A stretch of 64,000 nt of DNA from Nitrososphaerota archaeon (lineage in GTDB: Archaea > Thermoproteota > Nitrososphaeria > Nitrososphaerales > Nitrosopumilaceae): positions 32,001-96,000 of the forward strand of contig JAGWFT010000002.1 of NCBI GenBank assembly GCA_028867755.1, given 5' to 3'. The notes beneath the pieces were generated by a model that had not been told where the DNA came from, did no database searches, and saw nothing but the letters and a program-made list of their open reading frames with translations. The position numbers and the translations under genes were made by a program. This document shows positions 9,774 to 19,371 of this stretch, one piece after another (positions within the stretch are counted from its first letter, which is position 1; every line of letters starts with the position of its first letter).

Positions 9774-11321
9774 ATGCACTCTGAAAAATTGAAAAATTTT
9801 TTGCATAAGAGGCGACAAGCAGAGCAGAGTGGTGGAGAAGAAAAAATTCAATCTCAGCATGAGAAAGGGAAACTTACTGCAAGAGAGCGAATAGATCTTT
9901 TACTTGACGAAAGTAGTTTTACAGAAATAGATGCTCTTGTGACTCATCATTATTATGAATTTGACATGCAAAATAAGAAATTCTTTGGAGATGGTGTAGT
10001 AACAGGTTACGGAACAATAAATGGTCGCAAGGTCTTTCTCTTTGCCTATGATTTTACTGTTCTTGGGGGAACACTAAGCGAGATGGGTGCCAAAAAAATA
10101 ACCAAAGTCATGGAACATGCAACTCGTGTGGGTTGCCCCATAATTGGAATAATAGATTCGGGAGGAGCTAGAATTCAAGAAGGAATTCTAAGTCTGGATG
10201 GATTTGCTAGCATATTTTATCACAACCAACTTGCCTCTGGAGTAGTTCCTCAAATTACCTGTAGTATAGGCCCATCTGCTGGCGGTGCAGTCTATTCTCC
10301 TGCAATGACCGATTTTGTTATAATGGTAGACAAGATTTCAACTATGTTTGTAACTGGTCCAGAAGTAGTAAAGACTGTTCTTGGAGAAGAAGTCTCATTT
10401 GACGAGCTTGGAGGTGCAATGTCACATGGAAAAATCAGTGGCGTCTCCCATTTTGTTGCAAAGAATGAATATCAATGCATGGACACTGTCAAATCTTTAT
10501 TGTCATACATGCCTCAAAACAATACTGAAGAACCACCTATAGTAGATACTGGTGATGATCCAAACAGACTTGATAATAATTTGATAAACATAGTTCCAGA
10601 GAATCCATTACAACCTTATGACATGAAAGAAATCATACATTCAATTGTTGATAATCATCAATTCTTTGAGATCCATGAACTATTTGCACAAAATGTCATT
10701 GTAGGATTTGGCAGATTGCATGGCAAAACTGTGGGGATTGTTGCAAATCAACCAATGGTATTGGCAGGTGCACTTGATATAGACTCATCAAACAAAGCGT
10801 CAAGATTTGTAAGACTCTGTGATTGTTACAATATACCAATTGTCACTCTTGTTGATACTCCGGGATATATGCCTGGAACCCATCAAGAACATGGAGGTAT
10901 AATTCGACATGGAAGCAAACTTTTGTATGCATATTGCGAAGCAACTGTACCCAAGATCACTATTATAATAGGAAAGGCATATGGAGGCGCTTACATTGCA
11001 ATGGGCAGCAAGAATCTGGGTACAGATATGAACTATGCCTGGCCAACAGCTCAAATCGCAGTATTAGGTTCAGAGGCAGCAGTAAGAATCATGAATAGGA
11101 AGGAAATTGAAACAGCAAAAGATCCCATATCTCTGAAAAAACAACTAGTTGATAATTTTACTGAAAAATTTGCAAATCCATATGTTGCTGCATCATATGG
11201 AACAATTGATACCGTGATTGATCCAGCTGAAACCCGACCTGTTATTATTCGTGCTTTAGAAGGTCTTACAAACAAGAGAGAAAGAAGAATTCCACGCAAA
11301 CACGGAAACATAAACCTCTAA
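9774..11321 (+). CDS. Acetyl/propionyl-CoA carboxylase carboxyltransferase subunit (3HP/4HB cycle)
   Basis: GKLTARERI, DSGGARIQEG, GGAYIAM, RKHGNINL; AccD/PccB type, clustered with accC/accB. Confidence 0.95.
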   Translation: MHSEKLKNFLHKRRQAEQSGGEEKIQSQHEKGKLTARERIDLLLDESSFTEIDALVTHHYYEFDMQNKKFFGDGVVTGYGTINGRKVFLFAYDFTVLGGTLSEMGAKKITKVMEHATRVGCPIIGIIDSGGARIQEGILSLDGFASIFYHNQLASGVVPQITCSIGPSAGGAVYSPAMTDFVIMVDKISTMFVTGPEVVKTVLGEEVSFDELGGAMSHGKISGVSHFVAKNEYQCMDTVKSLLSYMPQNNTEEPPIVDTGDDPNRLDNNLINIVPENPLQPYDMKEIIHSIVDNHQFFEIHELFAQNVIVGFGRLHGKTVGIVANQPMVLAGALDIDSSNKASRFVRLCDCYNIPIVTLVDTPGYMPGTHQEHGGIIRHGSKLLYAYCEATVPKITIIIGKAYGGAYIAMGSKNLGTDMNYAWPTAQIAVLGSEAAVRIMNRKEIETAKDPISLKKQLVDNFTEKFANPYVAASYGTIDTVIDPAETRPVIIRALEGLTNKRERRIPRKHGNINL

Positions 11322-11328
11322 CTTGGAT

Positions 11329-12822
11329 ATGATCAAAAAAATTCTTGTCGCAAACAGGGGAGAAATTGCCATTCGTGTAATCAAGGCATGTAATGCTTTA
11401 GGGATAAAATCAGTTGCAGTCTATTCTGATGAAGACGTAAATTCAAAACATGTGAAAATAGCCTCCGAGTCATATCACATAGGACCACCATCCCCTGGAC
11501 AAAGCTATCTTAACATGGAAAAGATAGTTGAATCAGCACTAAGCTCTGGTGCTGATGCAATTCATCCAGGATATGGTTTTCTTTCAGAAAATGCTGACTT
11601 TGCTGATCTTTGTGAGAAAAATAAGATCAACTTTATAGGTCCTTCTGGAAAGTCCATGCGACTTTGTGGAGATAAGATGTTATGCAAAGAAGCAATGATA
11701 AAAGCCAAAGTACCGACTGTCCCAGGAAGTCTTGGTATTGTTGAAGAAGTAGAAAAAGCTCTTGATATAGCAAATAAAATAGGATATCCAGTTTTACTCA
11801 AGTCAGTATTTGGTGGTGGAGGTAGAGGAATTAGACTTGTACATAATGAAAAAGAACTGAAACAAGCATTTGAACTTGCATCAGGAGAATCAAAAGCTGC
11901 CTTTGGCAAGTCTGCACTTTTTGTTGAAAAGTTTTTGCCAAAAATAAGACATATTGAATTTCAATTAGCAAGAGACAAACATGGAAATGCTGTACATATT
12001 TTCGAAAGAGAGTGTTCTATTCAAAGACGACATCAGAAATTAATCGAAATGTCACCATCTCCTGTGGTTGATCAAAAAACCCGTGATGAAATAGGTCAGA
12101 TGGCTGTAAATGCAGCGATTGCAGTAGATTATCTTAATGCAGGCACTGCAGAATTTCTTAGACTGGATGACGGTACTTTTTACTTTATTGAAATAAATGC
12201 CAGGCTTCAAGTTGAACATCCTGTAACAGAATTTGTCTCTGGACTTGATCTTGTAAAACTACAAATTGATATTGCAAATGGAAAAGAAATACCATTCAAA
12301 CAAAAAGACCTCAAGGTAAATGGTTGTGCCATAGAATGTAGAATAAATGCAGAAGATACATTTCTTGACTTTGCTCCCTCGACAGGAAGAATTTATGACG
12401 TAAATATTCCATCAGGTCCAGGAGTTAGGGTTGACACTTATCTATATCCTGGATGTACTGTTTCGCCATACTATGATTCATTGATGGCAAAACTTATCAC
12501 GTGGGGACAAAACTTTGAGGAAGCACGACAAAGAATGCAAATCTCGCTTTCAGACTTTTATATCGAAGGGGTAGAGACTTCAATTCCACTCTATAGGACT
12601 ATACTTGATACTAAAGAATTCATTTCAGGAGATTTATCAACAGACTTTCTTGAAAGATTCAAGATTCTTGACAGGCTACGTGACGATATCAAAAAAGAGG
12701 CATCACAGAAATCTGATGCTGCCCTAGCTGCTACACTGATACATTCTGAGTTTCTCAAGAACAAAATAAGATCGCACAAGGAACAAAATCTTCGCTGGAA
12801 GGCACAATTGGATAGGAATTAG
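11329..12822 (+). CDS. accC: Biotin carboxylase
   Basis: ANRGEIA, HPGYGFLSEN, RECSIQRRHQK, EINARLQVEH. Confidence 0.96.
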   Translation: MIKKILVANRGEIAIRVIKACNALGIKSVAVYSDEDVNSKHVKIASESYHIGPPSPGQSYLNMEKIVESALSSGADAIHPGYGFLSENADFADLCEKNKINFIGPSGKSMRLCGDKMLCKEAMIKAKVPTVPGSLGIVEEVEKALDIANKIGYPVLLKSVFGGGGRGIRLVHNEKELKQAFELASGESKAAFGKSALFVEKFLPKIRHIEFQLARDKHGNAVHIFERECSIQRRHQKLIEMSPSPVVDQKTRDEIGQMAVNAAIAVDYLNAGTAEFLRLDDGTFYFIEINARLQVEHPVTEFVSGLDLVKLQIDIANGKEIPFKQKDLKVNGCAIECRINAEDTFLDFAPSTGRIYDVNIPSGPGVRVDTYLYPGCTVSPYYDSLMAKLITWGQNFEEARQRMQISLSDFYIEGVETSIPLYRTILDTKEFISGDLSTDFLERFKILDRLRDDIKKEASQKSDAALAATLIHSEFLKNKIRSHKEQNLRWKAQLDRN

Positions 12823-12824
12823 AA

Positions 12825-13337
12825 ATGAAATTCAAACTAGAAAATACAGATGAAACTTTAGATGGTGAGATAGTAAAGTCTCTTGGAAATGCTGAATTTG
12901 TTATAAAAATCAAGAATAGTGAGCGCAATCTGAAGATCCTAAACATGAGTCATGAAAAAATTGAATTCATGTTAGATAATTCATTTCATATTGTAAAGTA
13001 TCTAGAAAACAGTACGTCCAGAATTACCATAGTGGTTGATGGTGTCAAACTTACATTCAACAAACGCCCAGATTTGGACAAAGTTGTTTACAAAAATTCT
13101 GGTATGGAATCAGCCGCAGATTCGCAGGTAAATTTGAAAAGCCAAATTCCTGGAAGGGTTGCCTCGATAAATGTATCACAGGGTGATAATGTAAAGAAAG
13201 GTGATGTAATCTGCGTTTTAGAATCAATGAAGATGCAAGTTTCAATTAAATCACATAAAGATGGTGTGATAAAGTCTTTGAAAATAAAACAAGGTGCATC
13301 AGTTGCAAAAAATGATATTCTTGCAGAAATAGAATAA
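12825..13337 (+). CDS. accB: Biotin carboxyl carrier protein
   Basis: ESMKMQ biotinylation motif in C-terminal lipoyl/biotinyl domain. Confidence 0.93.
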   Translation: MKFKLENTDETLDGEIVKSLGNAEFVIKIKNSERNLKILNMSHEKIEFMLDNSFHIVKYLENSTSRITIVVDGVKLTFNKRPDLDKVVYKNSGMESAADSQVNLKSQIPGRVASINVSQGDNVKKGDVICVLESMKMQVSIKSHKDGVIKSLKIKQGASVAKNDILAEIE

Positions 13338-13382
13338 CGCAGCATCTGTTAAAAATAAGAAAATAAAAATATTGAAGGAAAA

Positions 13383-13883
13383 TTACTTTCCTTTCTTTAG
13401 AAAATTCATTATCTCTTGGTAGTTTGGCTCTATCAAAGGGTTATCAGAAACCCACTTGTACACAATCTCTCCTTTCTCATCTACAATAAAGACAGATCTT
13501 TTTGCTGCATCGTATCCTTTAACATGAAGCAAATCAGGCATTAGTATACCATAGTCGCGAATAGTTTGGCTCTTGTAATCGCCAAGCACCGGAAAATTGA
13601 GGTGATGTATTTCTGCAAATGCCTTGTTGGCAAATGGTCCATCGTTGCTTATGCCAATCACCTGAGCTCCAAGTTTTGAGATTTCATCCCAACTATCTCT
13701 AAAAGTACACATTTCTTTGGTGCATACTGGAGAACTTGCTGCGACAAAAAAAGAGAGAACCACTTTCTTTCCTTTAAAGTCGTCCAAATTTCTCATTTTG
13801 AGTTCTGTGTCTACCAAGGTAAAAGATGGTGCTTTGTCTCCAACATTTACCATAAAGGGAGTTTTGCTATAGTCATATATCAA
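13383..13883 (-). CDS. Peroxiredoxin (AhpC/TSA, BCP-like)
   Basis: SPVCTKEMC motif; true start may be 13853 (MVNVG). Confidence 0.9.
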   Translation of the reverse strand: MIYDYSKTPFMVNVGDKAPSFTLVDTELKMRNLDDFKGKKVVLSFFVAASSPVCTKEMCTFRDSWDEISKLGAQVIGISNDGPFANKAFAEIHHLNFPVLGDYKSQTIRDYGILMPDLLHVKGYDAAKRSVFIVDEKGEIVYKWVSDNPLIEPNYQEIMNFLKKGK

Positions 13884-14011
13884 TCATTTTCAAGAATGCA
13901 AGTGCTTGCTTAATTTTAAAATTTTTGTACAATTAATCAAATAAAAATTTTGATTAACTTGTAGAAAATTGATGAAAAATTACTTTCAGCTAAAAATAGT
14001 GATCGCAGAAT

Positions 14012-14428
14012 GTGCATAGCTTTTTATACTCTCCGATTGGCTTGTTAGCTACTTTGGTAGGAGAAGCTGCGAGTAGTTTTAGTCCAGTTTTACTAATGTT
14101 CGGATTTGCAGTCGTAGCAACAGGACCGGCTTTGATTCTTTCTCGAATGATTGCACCTCGAAGAACTAGCAGCCCTGTGAAGTTCCTTCCTATGGAATCA
14201 GGTCAAGTTCCAAAAGAAGAAGGTCGTACGCATTTCATGATGCAATACTATTCCTATGTCTTGATGTTCGTTGTCTTTGATGTGATGTCAATTTTTCTCT
14301 ATGCTTGGGGTAGCAGTATTATAGGTTTACCAAAAGCGGCAACTCTTCCAATTATTGCTTTTCTTGGGATAATGTTTGCAGCTTTTGCTTATGCCTTGTA
14401 TCAAGCAGGGAGGAAAAACGTTTGGTAA
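14012..14428 (+). CDS. nuoA: Complex I subunit A
   Basis: ESGQVP loop, FVVFDV TM motif. Confidence 0.92.
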   Translation: MHSFLYSPIGLLATLVGEAASSFSPVLLMFGFAVVATGPALILSRMIAPRRTSSPVKFLPMESGQVPKEEGRTHFMMQYYSYVLMFVVFDVMSIFLYAWGSSIIGLPKAATLPIIAFLGIMFAAFAYALYQAGRKNVW

Positions 14429-14471
14429 CTTTTAAATCAAATATTGGAAGAACTCGGGATAGGGAAAAGAG

Positions 14472-14999
14472 ATGCTAAAGGAGTTCTTTAATCAAGAAAC
14501 TGCACCACATGCTACTAATGTACTAGTTGGAAAACTAGGTGAAGTACTTGTGAGAGCAGTTGGAAAACCTCTTGATTATGCAATAAATTGGGGTAGAATT
14601 TGGTCATTGTGGCCTGTGCACCTTGAAACTGCATGCTGCAGTGTAGAGTTTGGTGCTGCTTCTAGTCCGAGATATGATGTAGAGCGATTTGGAATTATAG
14701 AAGCATTTGGTTCTCTCCGACAATGTGATCTTATTGTTGTAATGGGTACAATTACCAGAAAGATGGCTCCTAGATTAAGAATGGTTTACGATCAAATGCC
14801 TGATCCTAAATATGTGATAGCCATGGGTGCATGTGCGATTACTGGTGGATTATACTTTGATTCATACAATGTACTTCCAGGTATTGATGGAGTTCTTCCA
14901 GTTGATATCTACGTTCCAGGTTGTCCGCCAAGACCTGAAACTCTCATTCAAGGATGTATGCTACTTCAGGAAAAAATTAAGCGGATGAAGGGTGCATAA
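14472..14999 (+). CDS. nuoB: Complex I subunit B
   Basis: TACCSVE, MGACAITGG, PGCPPRPE (N2 cluster ligands). Confidence 0.96.
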   Translation: MLKEFFNQETAPHATNVLVGKLGEVLVRAVGKPLDYAINWGRIWSLWPVHLETACCSVEFGAASSPRYDVERFGIIEAFGSLRQCDLIVVMGTITRKMAPRLRMVYDQMPDPKYVIAMGACAITGGLYFDSYNVLPGIDGVLPVDIYVPGCPPRPETLIQGCMLLQEKIKRMKGA

Positions 15000-15001
15000 C
15001 C

Positions 15002-15649
15002 ATGAGCTCAGAAAATGAAAAGGACGAACAGCCAAGTGATACTGTGGCAGCACATTCTGAAGATACCGAGTCTTTATCAAAAGACGAAGCAAAAAAATTT
15101 TATGAAGAAAAAGGTATAGATTTTTCTCCAGACTCGCCTATTCACCCTAAACCAATTCCTCCATTTGAAAAATCTATTTCTGACAAAATCGCCTCAAAAT
15201 TTAATTCAAAAATAAATGTAGATTATGTAAGAGAAAGCAGAATTCGTGTCTCTACAAAAAAAGAAGATATTCTAGATGTAGCATTTTTCATTCGTGATGA
15301 ATTAGGTTATGATCATGCAGTATCAGTTTCTGGTGTAGACTATCCAGATTCAAAAGAAATCGAAGTTGTTTATCATCTTGGTTCGTACACTGATGAAAAG
15401 CTGGCTAGTCAGGTTCTAACACTTGCTACTCGAGTACCACGTGAAGAAATTCCAAATCCAGGAAAAGACAGTTCAAGAATGACATCTCTGAGAGAGGTTT
15501 TTTACAGCGTTGAATTTCACGAAAGAGAATGTTTTGAAATGTTTGGTGTGTACTTTGAAGGTCATCCAGACAATAGACGACTGCTTTTACCGGAAGATTG
15601 GGCAGACATTCCACCATTTAGAAAAGATTTCAAGATAAAAGGAAGATAA
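15002..15649 (+). CDS. nuoC: Complex I subunit C
   Basis: ERECFEMFG..FEGHP..RRLLLP; acidic N-terminal extension. Confidence 0.93.
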   Translation: MSSENEKDEQPSDTVAAHSEDTESLSKDEAKKFYEEKGIDFSPDSPIHPKPIPPFEKSISDKIASKFNSKINVDYVRESRIRVSTKKEDILDVAFFIRDELGYDHAVSVSGVDYPDSKEIEVVYHLGSYTDEKLASQVLTLATRVPREEIPNPGKDSSRMTSLREVFYSVEFHERECFEMFGVYFEGHPDNRRLLLPEDWADIPPFRKDFKIKGR

Positions 15650-15650
15650 A

Positions 15651-16784
15651 ATGACAACACCATTGCCACCAGGAATACAACTTGAGAAAGTAGATGATAG
15701 AATAATGACGCTCAACGTTGGCCCACAACATCCAGGATCAGGCCATATGAGACTTATCATAAAAGTAGATGGCGACTACATTGTTTCATGTGATCCAGAT
15801 CCAGGCTATGTACATCGTGGTGAAGAAAAAATGGCAGAGTACAGAAACTACATTCAAAACATTCCTCACTTGGAAAGACCAGTAATTCACGATTCTTCAA
15901 ATATTCTTTATCCGTATTGCCTTGCAGTAGAAGAACTACTTGGAATTGAAGTTCCGGAGAGAGCAAAATACATTCGAGTCATAGCAGCTGAACTCAACAG
16001 ATGCATCTATACCCTTTACTGGCTTGCAATCTATGGAATCTTTTTGGGTCACTCTACAATGTTCATGTGGCCTGCAGGAGATCGTGAGCTATTCATTGAT
16101 CTTTTGGAGGCAATGTCTGGTGCACGAGTTACTCATGCATATCTTGTGCCAGGTGGAGTAAGAAATGATTTACCTGCTAACTTTGAAGAAAGATGTCTCA
16201 GACAAGTAGATTATTTTGAAAAGAGATTGAAAGAATATCAAGCAATATTCTATAAAAATCCAATTTTAATAAGCAGAACCGAAGGAACTGGTATACTATC
16301 AAGAACCGATGCAATACGACTTGGCACTACTGGTTCTGTTCTTAGGGCTTCTGGTGTGAATTATGACATAAGAAAGAAGGAACCTTATGACGTCTACGAA
16401 AATATGGATTTTGAAACCGTAGTGATGAAGGAAGGTGATAGCTATGCAAGGTCTTACATCCCGTATCTTGAGATGTTTGAAAGCTGTAGAATAATTAGAG
16501 ATGCAATAAGAAAGATGCCAAAATCAGGTTCTGTACGTACAAAACTAAAACCAAATCCCAAAGGTGGAAATGATGAAGTGTACAAAAGAGTGGAATCTGG
16601 TAGGGGGGAGCTTGGATATTACATAGTATCAAACAATAGACCAGAACCGTACAGAGTTAAGATTAGTGTTGGTTCCTTTAGAAATTTGATTTGTATGCCA
16701 TACTTGTTAAAAGGAGAGCTGTTAGGAAACATGCCATCTGTTTATTGGGGACTTAATTATTGGCCTGTGGAGGCAGATAGATAA
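15651..16784 (+). CDS. nuoD: Complex I subunit D
   Basis: GPQHPGSGH, GYVHRGEEK, ESGRGE, EADR. Confidence 0.95.
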   Translation: MTTPLPPGIQLEKVDDRIMTLNVGPQHPGSGHMRLIIKVDGDYIVSCDPDPGYVHRGEEKMAEYRNYIQNIPHLERPVIHDSSNILYPYCLAVEELLGIEVPERAKYIRVIAAELNRCIYTLYWLAIYGIFLGHSTMFMWPAGDRELFIDLLEAMSGARVTHAYLVPGGVRNDLPANFEERCLRQVDYFEKRLKEYQAIFYKNPILISRTEGTGILSRTDAIRLGTTGSVLRASGVNYDIRKKEPYDVYENMDFETVVMKEGDSYARSYIPYLEMFESCRIIRDAIRKMPKSGSVRTKLKPNPKGGNDEVYKRVESGRGELGYYIVSNNRPEPYRVKISVGSFRNLICMPYLLKGELLGNMPSVYWGLNYWPVEADR

Positions 16785-18086
16785 ATGTCAACAATTGCTC
16801 CACAGTTTAGACTAAGCAGATTCATCGCTTCATTATTTGATATCATCTTTTGGGTTCTTCTGATATTCTCACTAGTCGGACTTCCAATCGTCTTTATCAT
16901 ATTATTTTACATCAAAATGCCAATTGTCAATCACCAATTGTTGACACCATATCTAGCCATGACATGGATGGCTGATCCATCGCGTACATTACCTATAATC
17001 AAGACGCTACTTCATACAACGTTCTTCCATGTTGTTGCATTTCCTGGATTCGGATTTGCGGCACTTCTTGCAGCAGCCACAATCTTCGTTGAACGAAAAT
17101 TCTTAGCCAAAATTCAGCTTCGGGTCGGTCCACTTTACTGTGGTAAAATCGAGGGCATACTTCAGCTGATGGGTGACGGTCTGAAATTGATCTCAAAAGA
17201 AATTATAATTCCAGCAAAGGCCGATAAACCAATCTTCTGGGTTGGACCATTGTTATTTGTTGGCACTGCTGGTGCTTTTGTCTCTCTAATCCCAGTTGCG
17301 CCTGGATGGGTTGTTGCAAATCCTAATGTGGGGTTGCTTGCAGTCTTTGCCACAATTGGCTTCTTTCCAATAATATCAGTTCTCTCTGCTTGGGCTGCAA
17401 ATAACAAGTGGACATTCATTGGCGGCCTAAGGGCACTACACCAAATGATTGCATTTGAAATCCCATTGATTTTGTCTTTGCTCAGTATTGTTATTATGAC
17501 AGGAACACTGAATCTTTCACAAATCGTTGAATCGCAACAGCACTATTGGTGGATTGTCTTTGCTCCTGTTAGCGCCATTGTATTTTTCATTTGTATAATT
17601 GCGGAACTTGAGAGAGTACCGTTTGATCTTCCAGAAGCAGAAAGTGAGATTGTAGCAGGATGGCTAACTGAATTCTCAGGCATGATGTATGGGCTCATTC
17701 AACTTGGAACTTATCTGAAACTCTATGCATTTGCTGGATTATTTACTGTGTTATTCCTTGGTGGGTGGAACGGACCAATGGTTTGGCCTGCCTTTCCAGC
17801 AGATATAGTGACTCAAGGAATTACTATAGGACCAATAACAGCAAAGATAGCAGGTCTTCCCTTATTTGATCAAGACATGCTCAACGGAACTTTATGGTTT
17901 GTAATAAAAACTGTTGGAGTTATACTTTTGATTCTTTTGCCACGTGGTGTATTTCCAAGAATAAGAATAGACATGTTATTGCACACTGGCTGGTACAAAC
18001 TGATAGGTTTGTCTTTCATTAACATCTTTATAGCTCTTGGATTGTTATACGCAGGTGTCTTGGGGCCTGGAGGATTAATTCAATGA
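16785..18086 (+). CDS. nuoH: Complex I subunit H
   Basis: ERKFLAKIQLRVGP, RVPFDLPEAESE. Confidence 0.95.
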   Translation: MSTIAPQFRLSRFIASLFDIIFWVLLIFSLVGLPIVFIILFYIKMPIVNHQLLTPYLAMTWMADPSRTLPIIKTLLHTTFFHVVAFPGFGFAALLAAATIFVERKFLAKIQLRVGPLYCGKIEGILQLMGDGLKLISKEIIIPAKADKPIFWVGPLLFVGTAGAFVSLIPVAPGWVVANPNVGLLAVFATIGFFPIISVLSAWAANNKWTFIGGLRALHQMIAFEIPLILSLLSIVIMTGTLNLSQIVESQQHYWWIVFAPVSAIVFFICIIAELERVPFDLPEAESEIVAGWLTEFSGMMYGLIQLGTYLKLYAFAGLFTVLFLGGWNGPMVWPAFPADIVTQGITIGPITAKIAGLPLFDQDMLNGTLWFVIKTVGVILLILLPRGVFPRIRIDMLLHTGWYKLIGLSFINIFIALGLLYAGVLGPGGLIQ

Positions 18087-18580
18087 GCACTGCTGGCGGA
18101 ATTATAAGAGCACTGAATTCGGGAATAAAACATCTTGCAGTTAGAAGATTTACGCTACGCTATCCTGAACAAAAGCTAAAATTTGTTGGAGATGGTTTCC
18201 AATTTAATCCAGAGACAGGAGTAGGAATAGCTGGGCTGCGAGGTCGACATATACTATATCATGATCATTGTACAGGTTGTCAACTTTGTGCTGTGGCATG
18301 TGAAGGTATAGCAGAGGCCATCGGCATGGTCAAGGTAAACGAGACATGGAAACAAAATAAGAAAGCAATAATGCCACAGATAGATTATGGTAAATGTGTA
18401 TTCTGTGGTCTATGTGTAGATGCATGTCCATTCTATGCATTATACATGACAAATGACTATGAGCTTTCTTCCTTTACTAAATCTGCTTTAATTTATACCC
18501 CTGCTCAGCTTGCTGTCAAGCCGAAGATCTCACAGGATGTAGAAATAAAAATCGATGACAGGGGTGCAACACATGGTTGA
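18083..18580 (+). CDS. nuoI: Complex I subunit I
   Basis: Two CxxCxxCxxxC ferredoxin motifs. Confidence 0.95.
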   Translation: MSTAGGIIRALNSGIKHLAVRRFTLRYPEQKLKFVGDGFQFNPETGVGIAGLRGRHILYHDHCTGCQLCAVACEGIAEAIGMVKVNETWKQNKKAIMPQIDYGKCVFCGLCVDACPFYALYMTNDYELSSFTKSALIYTPAQLAVKPKISQDVEIKIDDRGATHG

Positions 18581-19085
18581 TACAGTATTCTTAGCCCTCT
18601 CTGTTTTAACAATTGGTAGTGCTATAGTCGCACTTGAGATTCGCTCACTGATTTATGGTTCAATAGCATTAATGATAACATTATCTGGCATAGCTGGATT
18701 TTTCTTGTTACTGGATGCACCTTTTGTAGCAATGTTCCAACTTTCAGTTTATGTTGGTTCTATTGCAGTACTTATTCTGTTTACTGTAATGTTGGTAAGA
18801 CGCGAGCTGATATTCAACAAGATAGAAGATAAGCGAAGAAGATATGCAGGAATAGGGCTAATGCTTGCGCTAATGCTTGGCATTGGCATGATAATTATTG
18901 GTTCTGGTATGAAGTCTATGGAGACAAACTCTCCAACAGTAGACTACAAGAAAATAGGTGCAGACTTTCTCACATATTATTCACCAGCTCTTATAGTAAT
19001 GGCACTGATTCTAGCCTCATCGGTAGTTGGTGCTCTAACTTTGGCAAGAAGGGAGGATATAACAAATGACCAACGGGCTGATTGA
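18573..19085 (+). CDS. nuoJ: Complex I subunit J
   Basis: VYVGSIAVLILF motif; ATG 18573 overlapping nuoI stop. Confidence 0.9.
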   Translation: MVDTVFLALSVLTIGSAIVALEIRSLIYGSIALMITLSGIAGFFLLLDAPFVAMFQLSVYVGSIAVLILFTVMLVRRELIFNKIEDKRRRYAGIGLMLALMLGIGMIIIGSGMKSMETNSPTVDYKKIGADFLTYYSPALIVMALILASSVVGALTLARREDITNDQRAD

Positions 19086-19371
19086 TTTTGTTCTAGTTTC
19101 AGTGGCTCTTTTGGCCATTGGGATTTATGGATTAGCAGTAAAGAGAAACGCAATCAGGATGCTATTTGGGGTAGAAATGATAATCAATTCTGCAAATCTA
19201 AATCTAGTAGCATTTGCAAGATTTATTCCAAACAGTCAAGGACAAACATTGGCTCTTTTTTCAATTGCAATTGCTGCCGCAGAAGTTGCAGTAGGACTTG
19301 CACTAGTTATTGTAGCATATAGAATGTATCAGAATATTGATATCAAGGACTTTAGGAGCCTGAAAGGATGA
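19066..19371 (+). CDS. nuoK: Complex I subunit K
   Basis: GVEMIINS and AAAEVAVGLAL glutamate motifs. Confidence 0.93.
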   Translation: MTNGLIDFVLVSVALLAIGIYGLAVKRNAIRMLFGVEMIINSANLNLVAFARFIPNSQGQTLALFSIAIAAAEVAVGLALVIVAYRMYQNIDIKDFRSLKG